A stretch of DNA of 63,624 nucleotides, the filler included, from Octopus bimaculoides (lineage: Eukaryota), in NCBI RefSeq assembly GCF_001194135.2. It is 4 parts of 3 records of this genome, joined end to end, with 100 filler letters (N's around TTAATTAATTAA, not from the genome) between each part and the next. Parts side by side here need not be neighbours in the genome. Positions count along the whole stretch, not along the records: positions 1 to 24,518 come from NC_068991.1; 3 more parts are not named here. The stretch is one strand, 5' to 3'. Shown here piece by piece: positions 12,191 through 24,130 of this stretch. Positions within the stretch are counted from its first letter, which is position 1. Every line of letters begins with the position of its first letter. The translations under genes were made by a program, and so were the position numbers. The notes below the pieces were generated by a model, which saw nothing but the letters and a program-made list of their open reading frames with translations, was not told where the DNA came from and ran no database searches.

Positions 12191-13309
12191 CTGGAAAATA
12201 AATTTAAAACCAAAAAGAAAATACAAAGGCAATATAATACAATAAGTTTCAATACAATAAACTGTCCTTTAGTGCATCTTGAAACAGAATAATTTAGTTT
12301 GGAAGGCTTTCCTGTAACTGTCTTATTATTGGACAACCTTAACCCTTTAGTGTTCACATTATTCTGCCAAAATTAATGCTTTGTTATCCACATTGTTTTG
12401 AACTAATCATGCATTATCTTGTAGCTATGAGATTTTGATGAGGTAGCTGTTAATTTTTAAAACGATATTGTAGGGTTGATGCGAGAGACCAGATCTGGCC
12501 AGTTTGAACATAAAACAGGCAGAATACTTTTGGCCAGATATGGCCGGTTTAACTGTTAAAGGATTAATATTGTCAACTGCGGAGAAAGTGAGGTGTGGGT
12601 GGATTGCCAACATTAGAGAAGTTCCTTCCCCAAGGCATATCACTTGGAGTCACCACGATCACCACCACCACCACCACCATTTTAATATCTATTTTTCCAT
12701 GCTTGCATCTGTCATACAGGAGTACAATGGAGTAGAATCTCTATGGCCAGATACCCTTCTTGTCACCAACTACCCCCTCTCGTTCCCATGTAGGGATTAT
12801 AATCTCCTTGTCTATCAAGCGACAGACAACCTAGACATGCTTTTGTGGTGGGGTAGTGCACTCCAAGCAAATGACACTGTCAAGAAGCCATTAACCAGCA
12901 AAAGCAAAAGAAATACAATCTGCAAGATATATACATATATNNNNNNNNNNNNNNNNNNNNNNNNNNNNNNNNNNNNNNNATATATATATATATAGAGTGT
13001 GTGAGTGTCAATGCATATTGTGAATATCAGATGGTAAACTGGTAGAGTCCTTTAAAATGGTGTCCTAACACTGCCCTAGTCCGGCGACTGAAACAAGCAA
13101 AAGATAGGGAATATATATGTGTGTGCGTGCGTGATGTAAATTGAAATGAAAGTATTGTGGATTTTAAGGCCATGCAAGGGGCATAACGCTGTAAAGGGAC
13201 GCAATTCATATCAACTCGTGTGGCTGCGCTCCAATGACTAAAAACAATAAATAAATAAAAGAATAAACAAATCAAAGAAAAAACATAACAATAAGACCAA
13301 TTTCCTTAC

Positions 13310-13378
13310 CTTGCTTAACAGTGTTGGGTTTAACTGTGCTGTAGCATATGTTACATCAAAATACCGCTTGAGTGTTTT
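13310..13378 (-). CDS. CRLS1: Cardiolipin synthase exon 5 (69 nt)
   Basis: ccccag|AAAACA...AGCAAG|gtaagg; KTLKRYFDVTYATAQLNPTLLSK. Not in the ORF track; found by reading the minus strand. Confidence 0.95.
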
Positions 13379-13557
13379 CTGGGGAAACAAACCACATAAG
13401 ATTCAATCAGAAACAGTTCACATTGGCATAGTGGTGTGGAGATATGGTGATATTACACGAGACCAGAATTAAAAAGGGATGGTTTTACACATGGCGTTTA
13501 TTACTGTCTTCTTACAATGGCCAAATATTATGACTCTTGTCTAGTAAGTGTTTGGAT

Positions 13558-14180
13558 TCATCATCATCATCATCATCATTTAACGTCCATTGTCCATGCT
13601 GGTATGGGTTGGACGGTTTGACCAGGGCTGTTAAGCTGGAAGGCTGCACCAGACTCCAGTCTATGGCTGGATGCCCTTCCTAATGCCAACCACTCCAAGA
13701 GTGTAATGATTGCTTTTACGTGCCACTAGCATGGGTGACACTGGTATCTGCCATGATTGCAATTTTGCTCAGCTTGATGGGTCTTCTTCTCAAGTATGAC
13801 AAAATGCCAAAGGTCTTGGTCATTACCTCCATGAGGCCCAACCCTCGAAAGGAACTCAGTCACTTTGCCTCTGTGAGGCCCAACGCTCAAACAGTGCTCT
13901 TTACATGCCACTATCATGGGTGCTAGTTACGTGACACCAACATCAGCCATGACTACAATTTCACTTGGCTTGACGGGTCTTAAGCACAGCATATCTATTG
14001 CCAAAGGTCTTGGTCACTAGTCATTGCCTCTGTGAGGCTCAAAATTCAAAGATCATGCTTCACCACTTTATCCCATGTCTTCCTAGGTCTACCTCTACCA
14101 CAGGTTCCCTCCACAGTTAGAGATTGGCACTTCTTTACACAGCTGTCCTTGTCCATACACATTACATGACCATACCAGCA
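13558..14180 (-). mobile_element. RTE-X-like LINE 3' end in CRLS1 intron 4
   Basis: Minus strand ERRLCWYGHVMCMDKDSCVKKCQSLTVEGTCGRGRPRKTWDKVVK, then a 3' UTR with an internal direct duplication and a (TGA)n tail. Confidence 0.85.
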
Positions 14181-14196
14181 CAGTCATCTCTCTTGG

Positions 14197-14224
<28 letters not shown>

Positions 14225-14233
<9 letters not shown>

Positions 14234-14430
14234 CAATTTCTGTCTGTCTGTCCATCTGCCTGTTACCAACTTAGTGCCTAAATCACTGAATCAATATTCA
14301 TGAAACTTTGCATACATGTGACACTAACATCCAGTTCAATAATAGCTAGTTTGATTTCAGTAAAAATCTATAATGTGCCTCCTAGAAGCGTTGGGCGAAT
14401 TATATGATAAAATGAGAAGGTTGCAAAAAG
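14225..14430 (+). mobile_element. Helitron-like 5' fragment
   Basis: Homologous to 8228-8420. Confidence 0.5.
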
Positions 14431-15028
14431 TATAAGTCTGAGGTAGTTAACAGAGGGAAAGATAGTAACAGAGAGAGAGTGACTTAAGGTAAGAACAGTT
14501 GCGTGAATGGGATGATGTGTTAATAAAGCTGTCATATACACGAGATGCTGCATACTTTCGTAAATTTGTGTGTGTCACATCCTATAACTGTCTCTCTCTC
14601 TACTTTTGTAGGGTCTTCCCTGTCGCTGTCACATATTGTGAGATTTTAAAATTGTCAAAATTTTCTAATATGATATATTGAAATAATTTTCCACATTAAA
14701 TCTGATTTTGGTATTTATTTATCCCTAACATCCAGTTGAATTATGACACACAAAGTCATCTTTGGCAGGATTTAGAAAAATAACAAAGAAAATCAGAAAC
14801 AAAAATTAAAGAATAATTAGAAGAATAAAGATAGATAAAAGAGGGAGGAGGAAAGGAAGCATGCTATGAAACTTCAAAATACATCAACATCAGAGATTTT
14901 GTGAAAATAAAATCAATTTTGCTATTTTGGATTCTCGTTCTTGCATGATTCGCAATTTTATTCAGAATGAGAAGGAAAAAAAGCAGAAGAGAAAGGAAGA
15001 TGAAGAAATACTGGAATATGATACTGAC

Positions 15029-15114
15029 CGGTGGTGGAAGTGAGATGTAGCGGATATAGAAGCTGACACCAATCAAACCGATATCGCGTCCAACAATCAC
15101 AAGTAAAAGAGGAA
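15029..15114 (-). CDS. CRLS1: Cardiolipin synthase exon 4 (86 nt)
   Basis: tttcag|TTCCTC...CCACCG|gtcagt; phase 1 to 0; IPLLLVIVGRDIGLIGVSFYIRYISLPPP (RD...FY.RY..LP.P motif). Confidence 0.95.
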
Positions 15115-15249
15115 CTGAAATGTTAGCAAATATAATACATACAACAATAATGCCAATGTGTATATATATTTATATATATATATATATACACACACACACA
15201 GAGGGAGAGAGAGAAAGAGAGAGATGACAAAATAATACATATATAGAAA

Positions 15250-15990
15250 TATTGGCTTGGTAAAAAAAAAGTTCATAGCATTTTTCAATTGGTGATGTTT
15301 AATCACATGATCTGTTTTATCATGTGACAGGAACATATGACATAGATTTTCTGAAAGAGATCTCCACGCATTTTTCTATTTGAATTTTGTGGGGATTATT
15401 TACTTCTACTGTTCTTATGATAAAATTGAAATGAAGGAAAATGAAATACATTTTCATCATTTAATGCTCTTTTATTTCCAGAAAGGTAAAAACACAGCAC
15501 TAACAGCAAAGAAGATATGTGCTATTTATGGAGATGGTATCATAGCTGAAAGTACTGTTCAGAAGTGGTTTACTAGGTTTAGAACCAAAAATTTTGATCT
15601 GGAAGATCGTGAACGTTCCGGCAGGCCTACAGTCATTTGTAATGGACAAATCAAGACCTTAATAAAAAATAATCCATGTCACACAACATGAGACATCGCA
15701 GAGATTATCCTTGTATTTCATGTGAACATTATAAAACATTTAAAAACAGTTAGTTACATGAATCACTATGATGTTTAGGTACCTCATAACTTAATGGAAG
15801 AAAAACTTAATAGAGTGCATTTCCATCAGCGATTCTCTGCTCAGACGAAACAAAAAACTATCCATTTTTGAAAAGAATGATCATGTATGATGAGAAATGG
15901 ATTATTTACAACAACATAAAAAAGAAAAAGACTTGGGGAAAACGAGATGAACCACCTTCAATCTCTCCAAAAGCTGGTCTGTATCCGAAG
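15250..15990 (+). mobile_element. mariner transposase N-terminal relic plus left TIR, antisense in CRLS1 intron 3
   Basis: TA-TTGGCTTGGTAAAAAAAAAGTTCATAGCATTTTT TIR; MKENEIHFHHLMLFYFQKGKN...STVQKWFTRFRTKNFDLEDRERSGRP; *VPHNL (WVPHEL motif); TWGKRDEP...PKAGLYPK; stops and frameshifts. Confidence 0.92.
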
Positions 15991-16176
15991 ATACTCACCG
16001 GACAAGATCCCTCAACTGAGTGGAGTATAATATTGAAGAATGTGAAAGCATGATAGAGCAACAAGAACATGCATACACACACACACACTCATAGTCATTA
16101 ACACAAAGACTTTCTTCTGTCATTGGTCACACATAATGAAAGTTAAAAACAAAAAAGAGGACACATTTATACTCAC

Positions 16177-16306
16177 TTGGTAAGAGATCAACAGCAGCAA
16201 GAGAAATTGTCAAAAAGCTGACCAGTATTTTATCAGCCAAAGGATCCAATGCAGTTCCTAGCATGGACTTTTGGTTGGCAAAGTTGCGAGCAATATAACC
16301 ATCCAA
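16177..16306 (-). CDS. CRLS1: Cardiolipin synthase exon 3 (130 nt), CDP-alcohol phosphotransferase motif
   Basis: tttcag|TTGGAT...TTACCAA|gtgagt; [43 protein letters not shown]. With exon 2 it completes D-x2-DG-x2-AR-x9-G-x3-D-x3-D. Confidence 0.97.
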
Positions 16307-17439
16307 CTGAAATATAGATGGAGAGAACAACAATATATAGATATTCATTAGATAGACAATATGCAAATGGCCAAATAAAAAGGCAATATACAAAGTGAGA
16401 CAGATATGCAAATGTCTCAAAAAGACAGTCTAATGAATCAACCCTGGACCTCAAACTTTAATATGTCTTCTGTTGATGTGTTTAGGAGTATTTACAAGTG
16501 GTTCACTCAGAAGCAACAGCTAGTACTGGTTCTTCATCATTAGTTTCTATGATGTCCATTTTCAAAGCAGAGAAGAAAATTCTGTATGGCACTGTGTAGG
16601 TAATTTTGCTCTTCACAATCATAACTATTCCATTTCTTGCTAAGCCAACAAAGGAACATCAAAATGCTACAAATAGCAACCAAATCTTCCTCCTCATACA
16701 AAAAACCACACTAATTTAAAAAAAGATTGGATACACTAGATAATATAATCTTAGATACACACTACCTGGATGTAATATATGTTGATCACCACTGGGACAA
16801 CCAGATGTTATTAATACATATTAATCAATTTTCTGACGGATACAAGATGAAGTTAACCTGAAGAGATTTGACCTTTGGGACTTAGACAGTCATAAATGCA
16901 TCATACTTTTTTTACTGATTACTATTACACATTTAGTTAAGCATTTTGAAGTAAATGGGTTGTAGAATTGGTAAAGCACTGAACAAAATGCCCAACAGCA
17001 TTTAATTTAAGTCTTCTATGTTTTGAGTTCAAATCTTATTGGTAACAACTTGTCTTCTCATCCTTCTTAGATTAATAAAATAAGAATCAATGAAATACTG
17101 AGATTGATAAAATTTACTACATTTCTCCTCAAGAATTTCATGCACCAATCTACTACCTTGGTTATATCCACTACAAATGATAGTTTCTTACAAGGAACAT
17201 GGTGTAGTCCTTTGACCTATCGACTACTGTTACCTTGCTGAACCTGTGTCAGCATGAAACATGGACACTAAATGATGATGATGATGATGACAAAAGTGTC
17301 AAATTTACAAGGAAGGGGTAATTAAGCCAATCAGTTCTTAGCAAAATACTCAAAGGGTGCACAAAGAGGTTGTGAGATCACAAGCAGGCTAACAGTGAAT
17401 AAAGACACTGTGACAAATATATAGAAGTAGTTAGCAGTT

Positions 17440-18075
17440 GGATCACCAGTAAAATGAATTCCTTTGTAATATTCAGATGGCTCAACAGAAGTAGTTGATA
17501 GTTTCTATTACCTAGGTGATCTAATAAAATGTAAAAGAGAATGCTCTGAAAGCTTGGCAGTCAGAATATGAACAGAGTGGGAAAAGTTCAGGGAGATATT
17601 ACAACTGACAACAAAGGATATGCTCTTCAAGCAAAGAGTGGATTGTACAATATATATGTACAAACTGTGATATTACATGGTAGTGAAATGTGCACTAATT
17701 GCAGACAATGTTTAAAGACTGTAAAGAAATGAAGCACGTTCTGCTAGATGTGTAATATTAGTGTGCATGAGCAATGAACCATAGATGAGCTAAGAGAAGA
17801 ATTAGATATTGTGTCTCAGAGAGATGACTGCATTGGCACAGATATGTAATGTGTATAAATGATAACAGATGGACAAAGAAATACCAGGAGATTGATGTGG
17901 AAGGAAAGAGTGGAAGAGGAAAACTGAAGAATACATAGGCAGAAGTGATCAAAGCTGATAACGAGATGTTGAAGCTCTAAAAGGAGATGACAAAGCAATG
18001 CAACAAGTGGTGAAGTTTCTGTGTTGGAAAAGACCCATCAACCTCAGGCAAGCATGGTAAAAACAAATGTAAAAA
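17440..18075 (+). mobile_element. RTE-X-like LINE RT C-terminal relic in CRLS1 intron 2
   Basis: EVVDSFYYLGDLI...WEKFREILQL...LYNIYVQTVILHGSEM...ERRLHW...GRGK motifs, heavily decayed. Confidence 0.8.
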
Positions 18076-18194
18076 TAGTGTAAAAAGACATACTGCTTCT
18101 CTGATTCTGGCATTCACTGTCCTGTATCAATGATAATGATGATGAGGTCTTAAAAATCCACAGAAGTATAGGGGAAGAGTTACAGTAAAAAAGG

Positions 18195-19900
18195 TGTAAC
18201 TCCAGCACTTACACTAGTGGTAGTTATTTATCATATCAACTCCTTAAAGAATGAAGGGTCAGTTTGGAATTTGAACTTAAAATGTGGAATGATGAAACTA
18301 AATGTTGTAAAGACTTTATTTTGATACTCCACTTTGTATTAATAATAATCATCATCATAATTATTGTTTCTGGTTTAGGCACAATGCCAGCAGTTTTGGA
18401 GAGAATTAGTTGATATGATTAATCCTAGTACTTGACTGTTACTTTATTTTATCAACCTTGGAAGGATAAATGGCAACATTGATTCCAGCAGATAGATTTG
18501 AGCTTGGAACATAAAAAGTTGGAAAAAATACCACAAGGTATTTTGTCTGTTGTTCTAATGATCCTAACCACTCACCGCCTTAATTATCACATCATAATAA
18601 TAATTTATAATATAGGAACAAGGCCACAAATTTGGAGGAAGGAGTTAGTTGATTAAATTCAATCCTAGTACTTGACTGGTTCTTTCTTTTGTTAACCCCA
18701 GGAAGATGAAAAACATAATTGAATTCAGTTAGATTTGAACTGTTGGGACAAAAACTGCAAGGTACTTTGATGCTGTAATGATTCTACCAATCAACCTTTT
18801 ATTATTATAATAATAATAATGATGATGATGATGAAGATAACGATGATGATGATAATTCATCCTAATCTTGGCACAAGGCCAACAGTTTCGAGCTCCCTGA
18901 AGTTGATTACACTGACCCCAGTACTTGACTGCTATTTTATTTTATCAACTCCCAAAAGAAATAAAAGCAAGGTCAACCTCAGTGAAATTTGAAATCAAGA
19001 TATAAAAAGCCAGAAGAATTACCACTGACCATTTAGTTTGAAGTGCTAACAATTCGGCCAGCTTGCCACATTAATAATAATAATTATTATTTCTACTAAA
19101 GGCACAAGGCCTGAAAATTTGTGGGAGGGGATTAGTTGAGTACATCAACCCCAATGTTTCATTGGTACTTATTTCATCAAAGTAAAGTCCGAATGACAGA
19201 ATTTGAACTCAGAATGTAGAGACAGACAAAATGCCACTAAGCATTATGTCAAGCATGTTAACAATTCTACAACAGGTACAAGGCCTGGAATTTGGAGAAG
19301 AAAAGCAAGTCAATTACATCAACCCCAGTACTCAACTGGTACTTATTTCAATGACCCCAAAATGATGAAAAGCAAACCGACCTTGGTGGGATTTGAACAC
19401 AGAATGCAGAGTTGGAAGAAATGCTATTAAGTATTTTATCCAGTATGCTAATGATTTTGCCAGCTCACTGCTTTAATAATAAGAATTATCCCTTCTATTA
19501 TAAGCACAAGGTTTGAAATTTAAGAGGAAGGGGCTAGTCGATAACATTGACCCCTGTGCTTATTCTTTTCTACTCTAGGCACAAGGTCCGAAATTTGGGG
19601 GGAAGGGACCAGTCGATTAGATCGACCCCTGTACGCAACTGGTACTTAATTTATCAACTCCAAAAGGATGAAAGGCAAAGTCGATTTTGGCGGAATTTGA
19701 ACACAGAACATAGCAACAGACAAAATACCACTAAGTATTTTGCCCGGCATGCTAACATTTCGGCCAGCTTGCTGCCTTTACTTATTTTATTGACCCAGAA
19801 AGGATAAAAAGCAAAATCAACTTTGGTAGAATTAGAACTCAAAATATGGAAGAAATGCTGCTAAGTATTTTGTCTGGCAATGATCTGCCAGCTTTTCACC

Positions 19901-19939
<39 letters not shown>

Positions 19940-20125
19940 GTTTCAAATTTTGGCACAAGGACAACAAGCTTGGGGGAAGGACTAAGTTGATTACACTAAC
20001 CCCAGGGCTCCCGAAAGGGATGAAAGGCAAAGTCGACCTCAGCAGAATTAGAACTCAGAATGTAAAGATGGACAAAATGCTACTAAACATTTTGCTTGGC
20101 ATGTTAACGACTCTGCCAGCTCACA
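18195..20125 (-). mobile_element. Head-to-tail array of about 10 family A SINEs separated by (TAA)n
   Basis: Repeated blocks GGCACAAGGCC...GGTACTTATTT...GAATTTGAACTCAGAA...CTGCCAGCT, all in one orientation. Confidence 0.85.
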
Positions 20126-20129
20126 ACCC

Positions 20130-20188
<59 letters not shown>

Positions 20189-20244
20189 TTACAACAACAA
20201 CAACAACAACAATAGCACAAAGTACAGCAGTGCTGAATTCTTAC

Positions 20245-20382
20245 CAAATCTGTAATGCCGGCACAGACAAAAAGGCCAAGTGCCCAAGAGAAGTGACTGT
20301 GAAGAACTAAATAACTCAAAATGGGAGCAGCACCCATTCGGCAACATGTCAGCAAATTTGGGATGGTCTGGATATCTTCTTT
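20245..20382 (-). CDS. CRLS1: Cardiolipin synthase exon 2 (138 nt)
   Basis: tttcag|AAAGAA...GATTTG|gtaaga; translates KEDIQTIPNLLTCCRMGAAPILSYLVLHSHFSWALGLFVCAGITDL, matching the TIPN..R...AG.TDL segment of eukaryotic cardiolipin synthases. Confidence 0.95.
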
Positions 20383-20509
20383 CTGAAATACATATAAACA
20401 TACTTTGTATATTAAATATTTCAAGATTTCTTTCTAATTCACATAAATATTTCATGTAATTTCATTCTGCACTGCATTTCAACTGGTTAATTATTTGGTT
20501 ACTCTTTCA

Positions 20510-21150
20510 GCTATATGCGCAAGTGTGGTTGTGTGGTGAGAAGCTTACTTTTTAACCACATTACTCCAGGTTCAGTTCCACTCTGTAGCACCTTGGGCAA
20601 GTGTCTTCTACTATAGCCTTGGGTTATAGTAGAAGACACTAAAGCCTTGTGCATGGATCAGGTGGGCTGAAATTGAAAGAAGCCCATCGTGTATGTGTGC
20701 GTGAGTATATGTGTGCATGTCTTTGTGTCTCTTTGTCCCCCACCTCTGCCTGACAACTGGTGTAAGTGTGTTTACAACCTCATAACTTAGCGGTTCAGCA
20801 AAAATGACCAATAAAATAAGCACCAGGCATCAAGAATTGGTATTGGTGTCAATTTGTTCAACTAAAACTTTAAGATGGTGCCTCAGCATGGTTGCAGGTT
20901 AATGGCAGAAACAAGTAAAAGGTAAAAGACGTGTGTGTGTGTGTGTGTCTTTGTGTTTGTCTCCCACCACTGCTTCACAGCCAGTGCTGGTTTGTTTACA
21001 TCCCTGTAACTTAATGGTTCAGCAAAAGAGACCAACAGAATAAGTACCAGGATCAAAAAGTAAGCACTGGTGTGGATTTGTTCAACTAAACCTTTTAAGG
21101 CAGTGCCCCAGCATGGTTGCAGTCCAATGAATGAAATAAGTAAAAGACAA
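20510..21150 (+). mobile_element. CORE-type SINE with duplicated 3' half
   Basis: Head at 20510; two consecutive (TG)n-tail modules at about 20690-20930 and 20930-21150. Confidence 0.8.
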
Positions 21151-22319
21151 AAGACATAATTAACATATCACTTGTTTATTATATGTAGGAATATAATATA
21201 TGTTTCTATGCCATGATATTACAACATGTAAAAACATCATTTTTAGGTTTGCACTCAGAGCCTGTATTTCTAATAGAGTTAGTTTCAGCATTGTAACCAC
21301 TTGCAACCACTTTGCCACAGTCCTGTAGTAAATGATAAAGTTACATGTAAAAATAAACATATGACTGGTAGTCCACAAAACTGAAAAAAATTTTCAAAAT
21401 CCAGCTAAAAAAAAAAATTATAATCATTTACAAACCTTCTTCTTTATTACAACTGCCATTATTGTCATCATCTGCTTTCTCTATATTGACATAGGTTGGA
21501 TGAGACTTATTGAGGCAGATTCTATGCTTGGATGCATTTCCTGTCACCAACCCTATCCTTATCAAAGCTTATGCCACACTTCTTAGAATAGATAACATTT
21601 TAAAAGAGAGAGACTGTAGTAAAATTAACTACATTTGACCTCGGGGCACTGTATATCCTTACATCCAAAACTACTACTACTATTATCACTATTATTGGGT
21701 ATATTGGGTGCTTTTTTTTTGTTCCACCAGCACTAGAAAGCTGTAATATCCCCGACAAAGCTAAAAAGTCCTCACAACCTCACACTTCCCAATGTACTGG
21801 CTGTGTTTTTCATAATACCAGCACTAGAGAGTTAGCCATGTCCTCATCATAACTAAAAGGACCTCACGACCTTACATCACTGCTCATTTGTCTTCCTCTT
21901 GCAGAATGAGAAGCATGAGTTAGGCGTGCATAATAGAGATGAGAGAGATGTGTGATAACAGGGTAAGCAATAAGAGTACTCAGTATTCTGAGATAGGCAC
22001 AAATATTCAAAGCAATATAACTGAGATGACAGGGAAATAACATAAGTCTTCATAACCCACAGGGTAGAGCTATGACAGAGGCCCAATATGTCTCGGAGAA
22101 AAGGAACAAATATGCTAGCAGACAGTGACATGGAGTGATGAGAGGCAGTACAGGAGGGGGCGGAGGTAGAGTGAACAGGGCACAAGTGGTCCAATGGAGC
22201 TAACTATTCATAGATAAGATGAATTGGAAGAGTTAAGTGATGAGGTGAGGGTGATGGCATAATATATGGAAAGTAAGTGGATCCTGTGTGAGTGGCACAA
22301 AGGAATTATATAGAGTCAG

Positions 22320-22530
22320 AATAGGAGCTTGTACACTGTCAATCGACTTGTTAGATATAGCAGCAAAACTTTCCTTAGATCAAATCCTGCTGCCTTGAAA
22401 CAATGAAGAACACTTCAGATAATGTAGCCCCAGATGCCTTTGAACTGACAGAATGGTCATGGTTGGAATGCCACTGATCACAGGTCTACTCAATCAAGCT
22501 TGAGTTCTGACCAAAAATCATCAACAACAG
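22320..22530 (+). mobile_element. SINE-like repeat, degenerate
   Basis: GACTTG.TAGA.ATAGCAGC...GATAATGTAG...GGTCATGG.TGGAATGCC; a related relic lies at about 16660-16810. Confidence 0.5.
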
Positions 22531-22947
22531 CACTGCACCATAAGCAAGAGAAATCCTGTAAATATTTTCCTATCCCCTAATCCAATGTTTTCCCAATGAC
22601 TGAACTCCGATCCATGTGATTGGGAACATGAATATATGCATCTTTTTATATTATTTTAAGTCAGCAGATGCTACGGAGAGTTTCGTGTATGGTACTTCTC
22701 AAACTAACCGGTGATCTAGAGTTTCCGCGCTGCGCACTTCAGACAAGTCAACACGCCGGGGAAACTACATAGAAACAGTAACAGGCCACATGATCAACCC
22801 AAATAAATCATTGACCTCTATGTTTGTATTGAGTACTTCTCCCGATCATTATTTACTAACATACACAAACACACACATAGTCACACACACGTGTAACAAA
22901 ATAATGTACCATATCATAGTAAACAATATAAAAAACTGTTACATTAC

Positions 22948-23496
22948 CAAGTCTTTCGTGAGACGATATCTTTGGTCTCTGTCTGTGCGATTTGTGTTGG
23001 ATGATATAAATGTTTTGCTCTGTGTGTTGGTGTGGGGTTTACATAGTGGTGGGTGAGTTGAGTAGGGTACACAGCAAGAATACACAGAATGCTTAGTATA
23101 AGAAGAGAAGAGCCCTGAATAGCTACCTAGTCGCCAATGTGACATTGAGTTTGACCGTGGTTGACAAAAGCTACTACTATATCTACAGCATGGTAACACG
23201 GTTGGGAATGGGACACCTAGCAACCGTTTTAAACCCTGCATGGCAAGGGTCGTTCTGAACGTCCTTGTAAGAGATGTGGCTGCGTCCGCTGTTTTGGAGT
23301 ACCGGACGTAACAAACTGAGAAAGAATTCGAAATATGTTTTAAAGTTTCTGACAGCAAAGCGAGGGAATGCGCCGTCGATCTGAAACGATGAAGTTCCCC
23401 TAGAGAACGAATGGGCGTCAGTGTTCGCGTACGAGTAGTCCAACCGAAAAATACTTGGCTGCAAGCGAGTCGACAGTACCCCCGGAGGTGAAACAT
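22948..23496 (-). CDS. CRLS1: Cardiolipin synthase exon 1 (183 codons; mitochondrial presequence-like N-terminus)
   Basis: Open ORF MFHLRGYCRLACSQVFFGWTTRTRTL...YRLTKDL, Arg/Ser/Thr-rich with few acidic residues, in a CpG-richer stretch. Ends in TTG|GTAATG phase-0 donor matching the phase-0 start of exon 2. Assignment is by position and phase; no sequence homology recognised. Confidence 0.75.
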
Positions 23497-24130
23497 GTCG
23501 CAAAATACACTGTATTACCAGTGGTAGACCTACACATATACCATTACTAAATAAGAGTAATGAAATACAGTCTACTCTGCATCTATTTAATCAACATATT
23601 AATCATCGTTATCAATATACATTTACTCAAAGGTGAAAACTCGCGACTCTTTCCTCTAACTGAAATTTCACCATATATTTTAATTGCAATGTGCGAAACG
23701 TTAACAAATGCAAATAAACGTATAACTATAAATATATAGTGATATATGTATGCGTGTGTGACGATCGATTGTGTTGTTGATTTTTTTGCATAAGATCTTA
23801 GTGAATTCTATTTCCTAAACCAAGTCAAGTCTATTTACAGTTTACATAAGAATTTCCTTTTCTCCTTTCGGAAACAACTTCATTTTGATCATTAATACTT
23901 TTTTATAAAATATGAATTTACTCTTCTTGCTTTGACTTTACTGCAAATCCGAGGTATGACGCCAATTTTAAAAATATATGAAGAACTCCTGTATTATTTA
24001 CTTTGCCGGTGTACAATAGGCGGGACTTGTTCCATATAACACCGGTTATAGATAGTACCAGCGTGCGAGGGTTTTCAACTGCTGCATGATTTACATGTGA
24101 TCAAAACGAAGACGTATTAACTCATCCGGT
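23497..24130. promoter_or_regulatory. Probable CRLS1 promoter/5' region
   Basis: Repeat-free sequence with retained CpGs directly upstream of the ATG, unlike the TE-filled introns. No specific TSS can be called. Confidence 0.4.

Noticed and set aside
8523-15990. The two mariner relics as halves of one split element
   Set aside because: Wrong order and different TIR sequences, so independent families.
18195-20125. CRISPR-like repeat/spacer pattern
   Set aside because: Eukaryotic context; units are ~200-bp divergent SINEs with microsatellite spacers and there are no cas genes.
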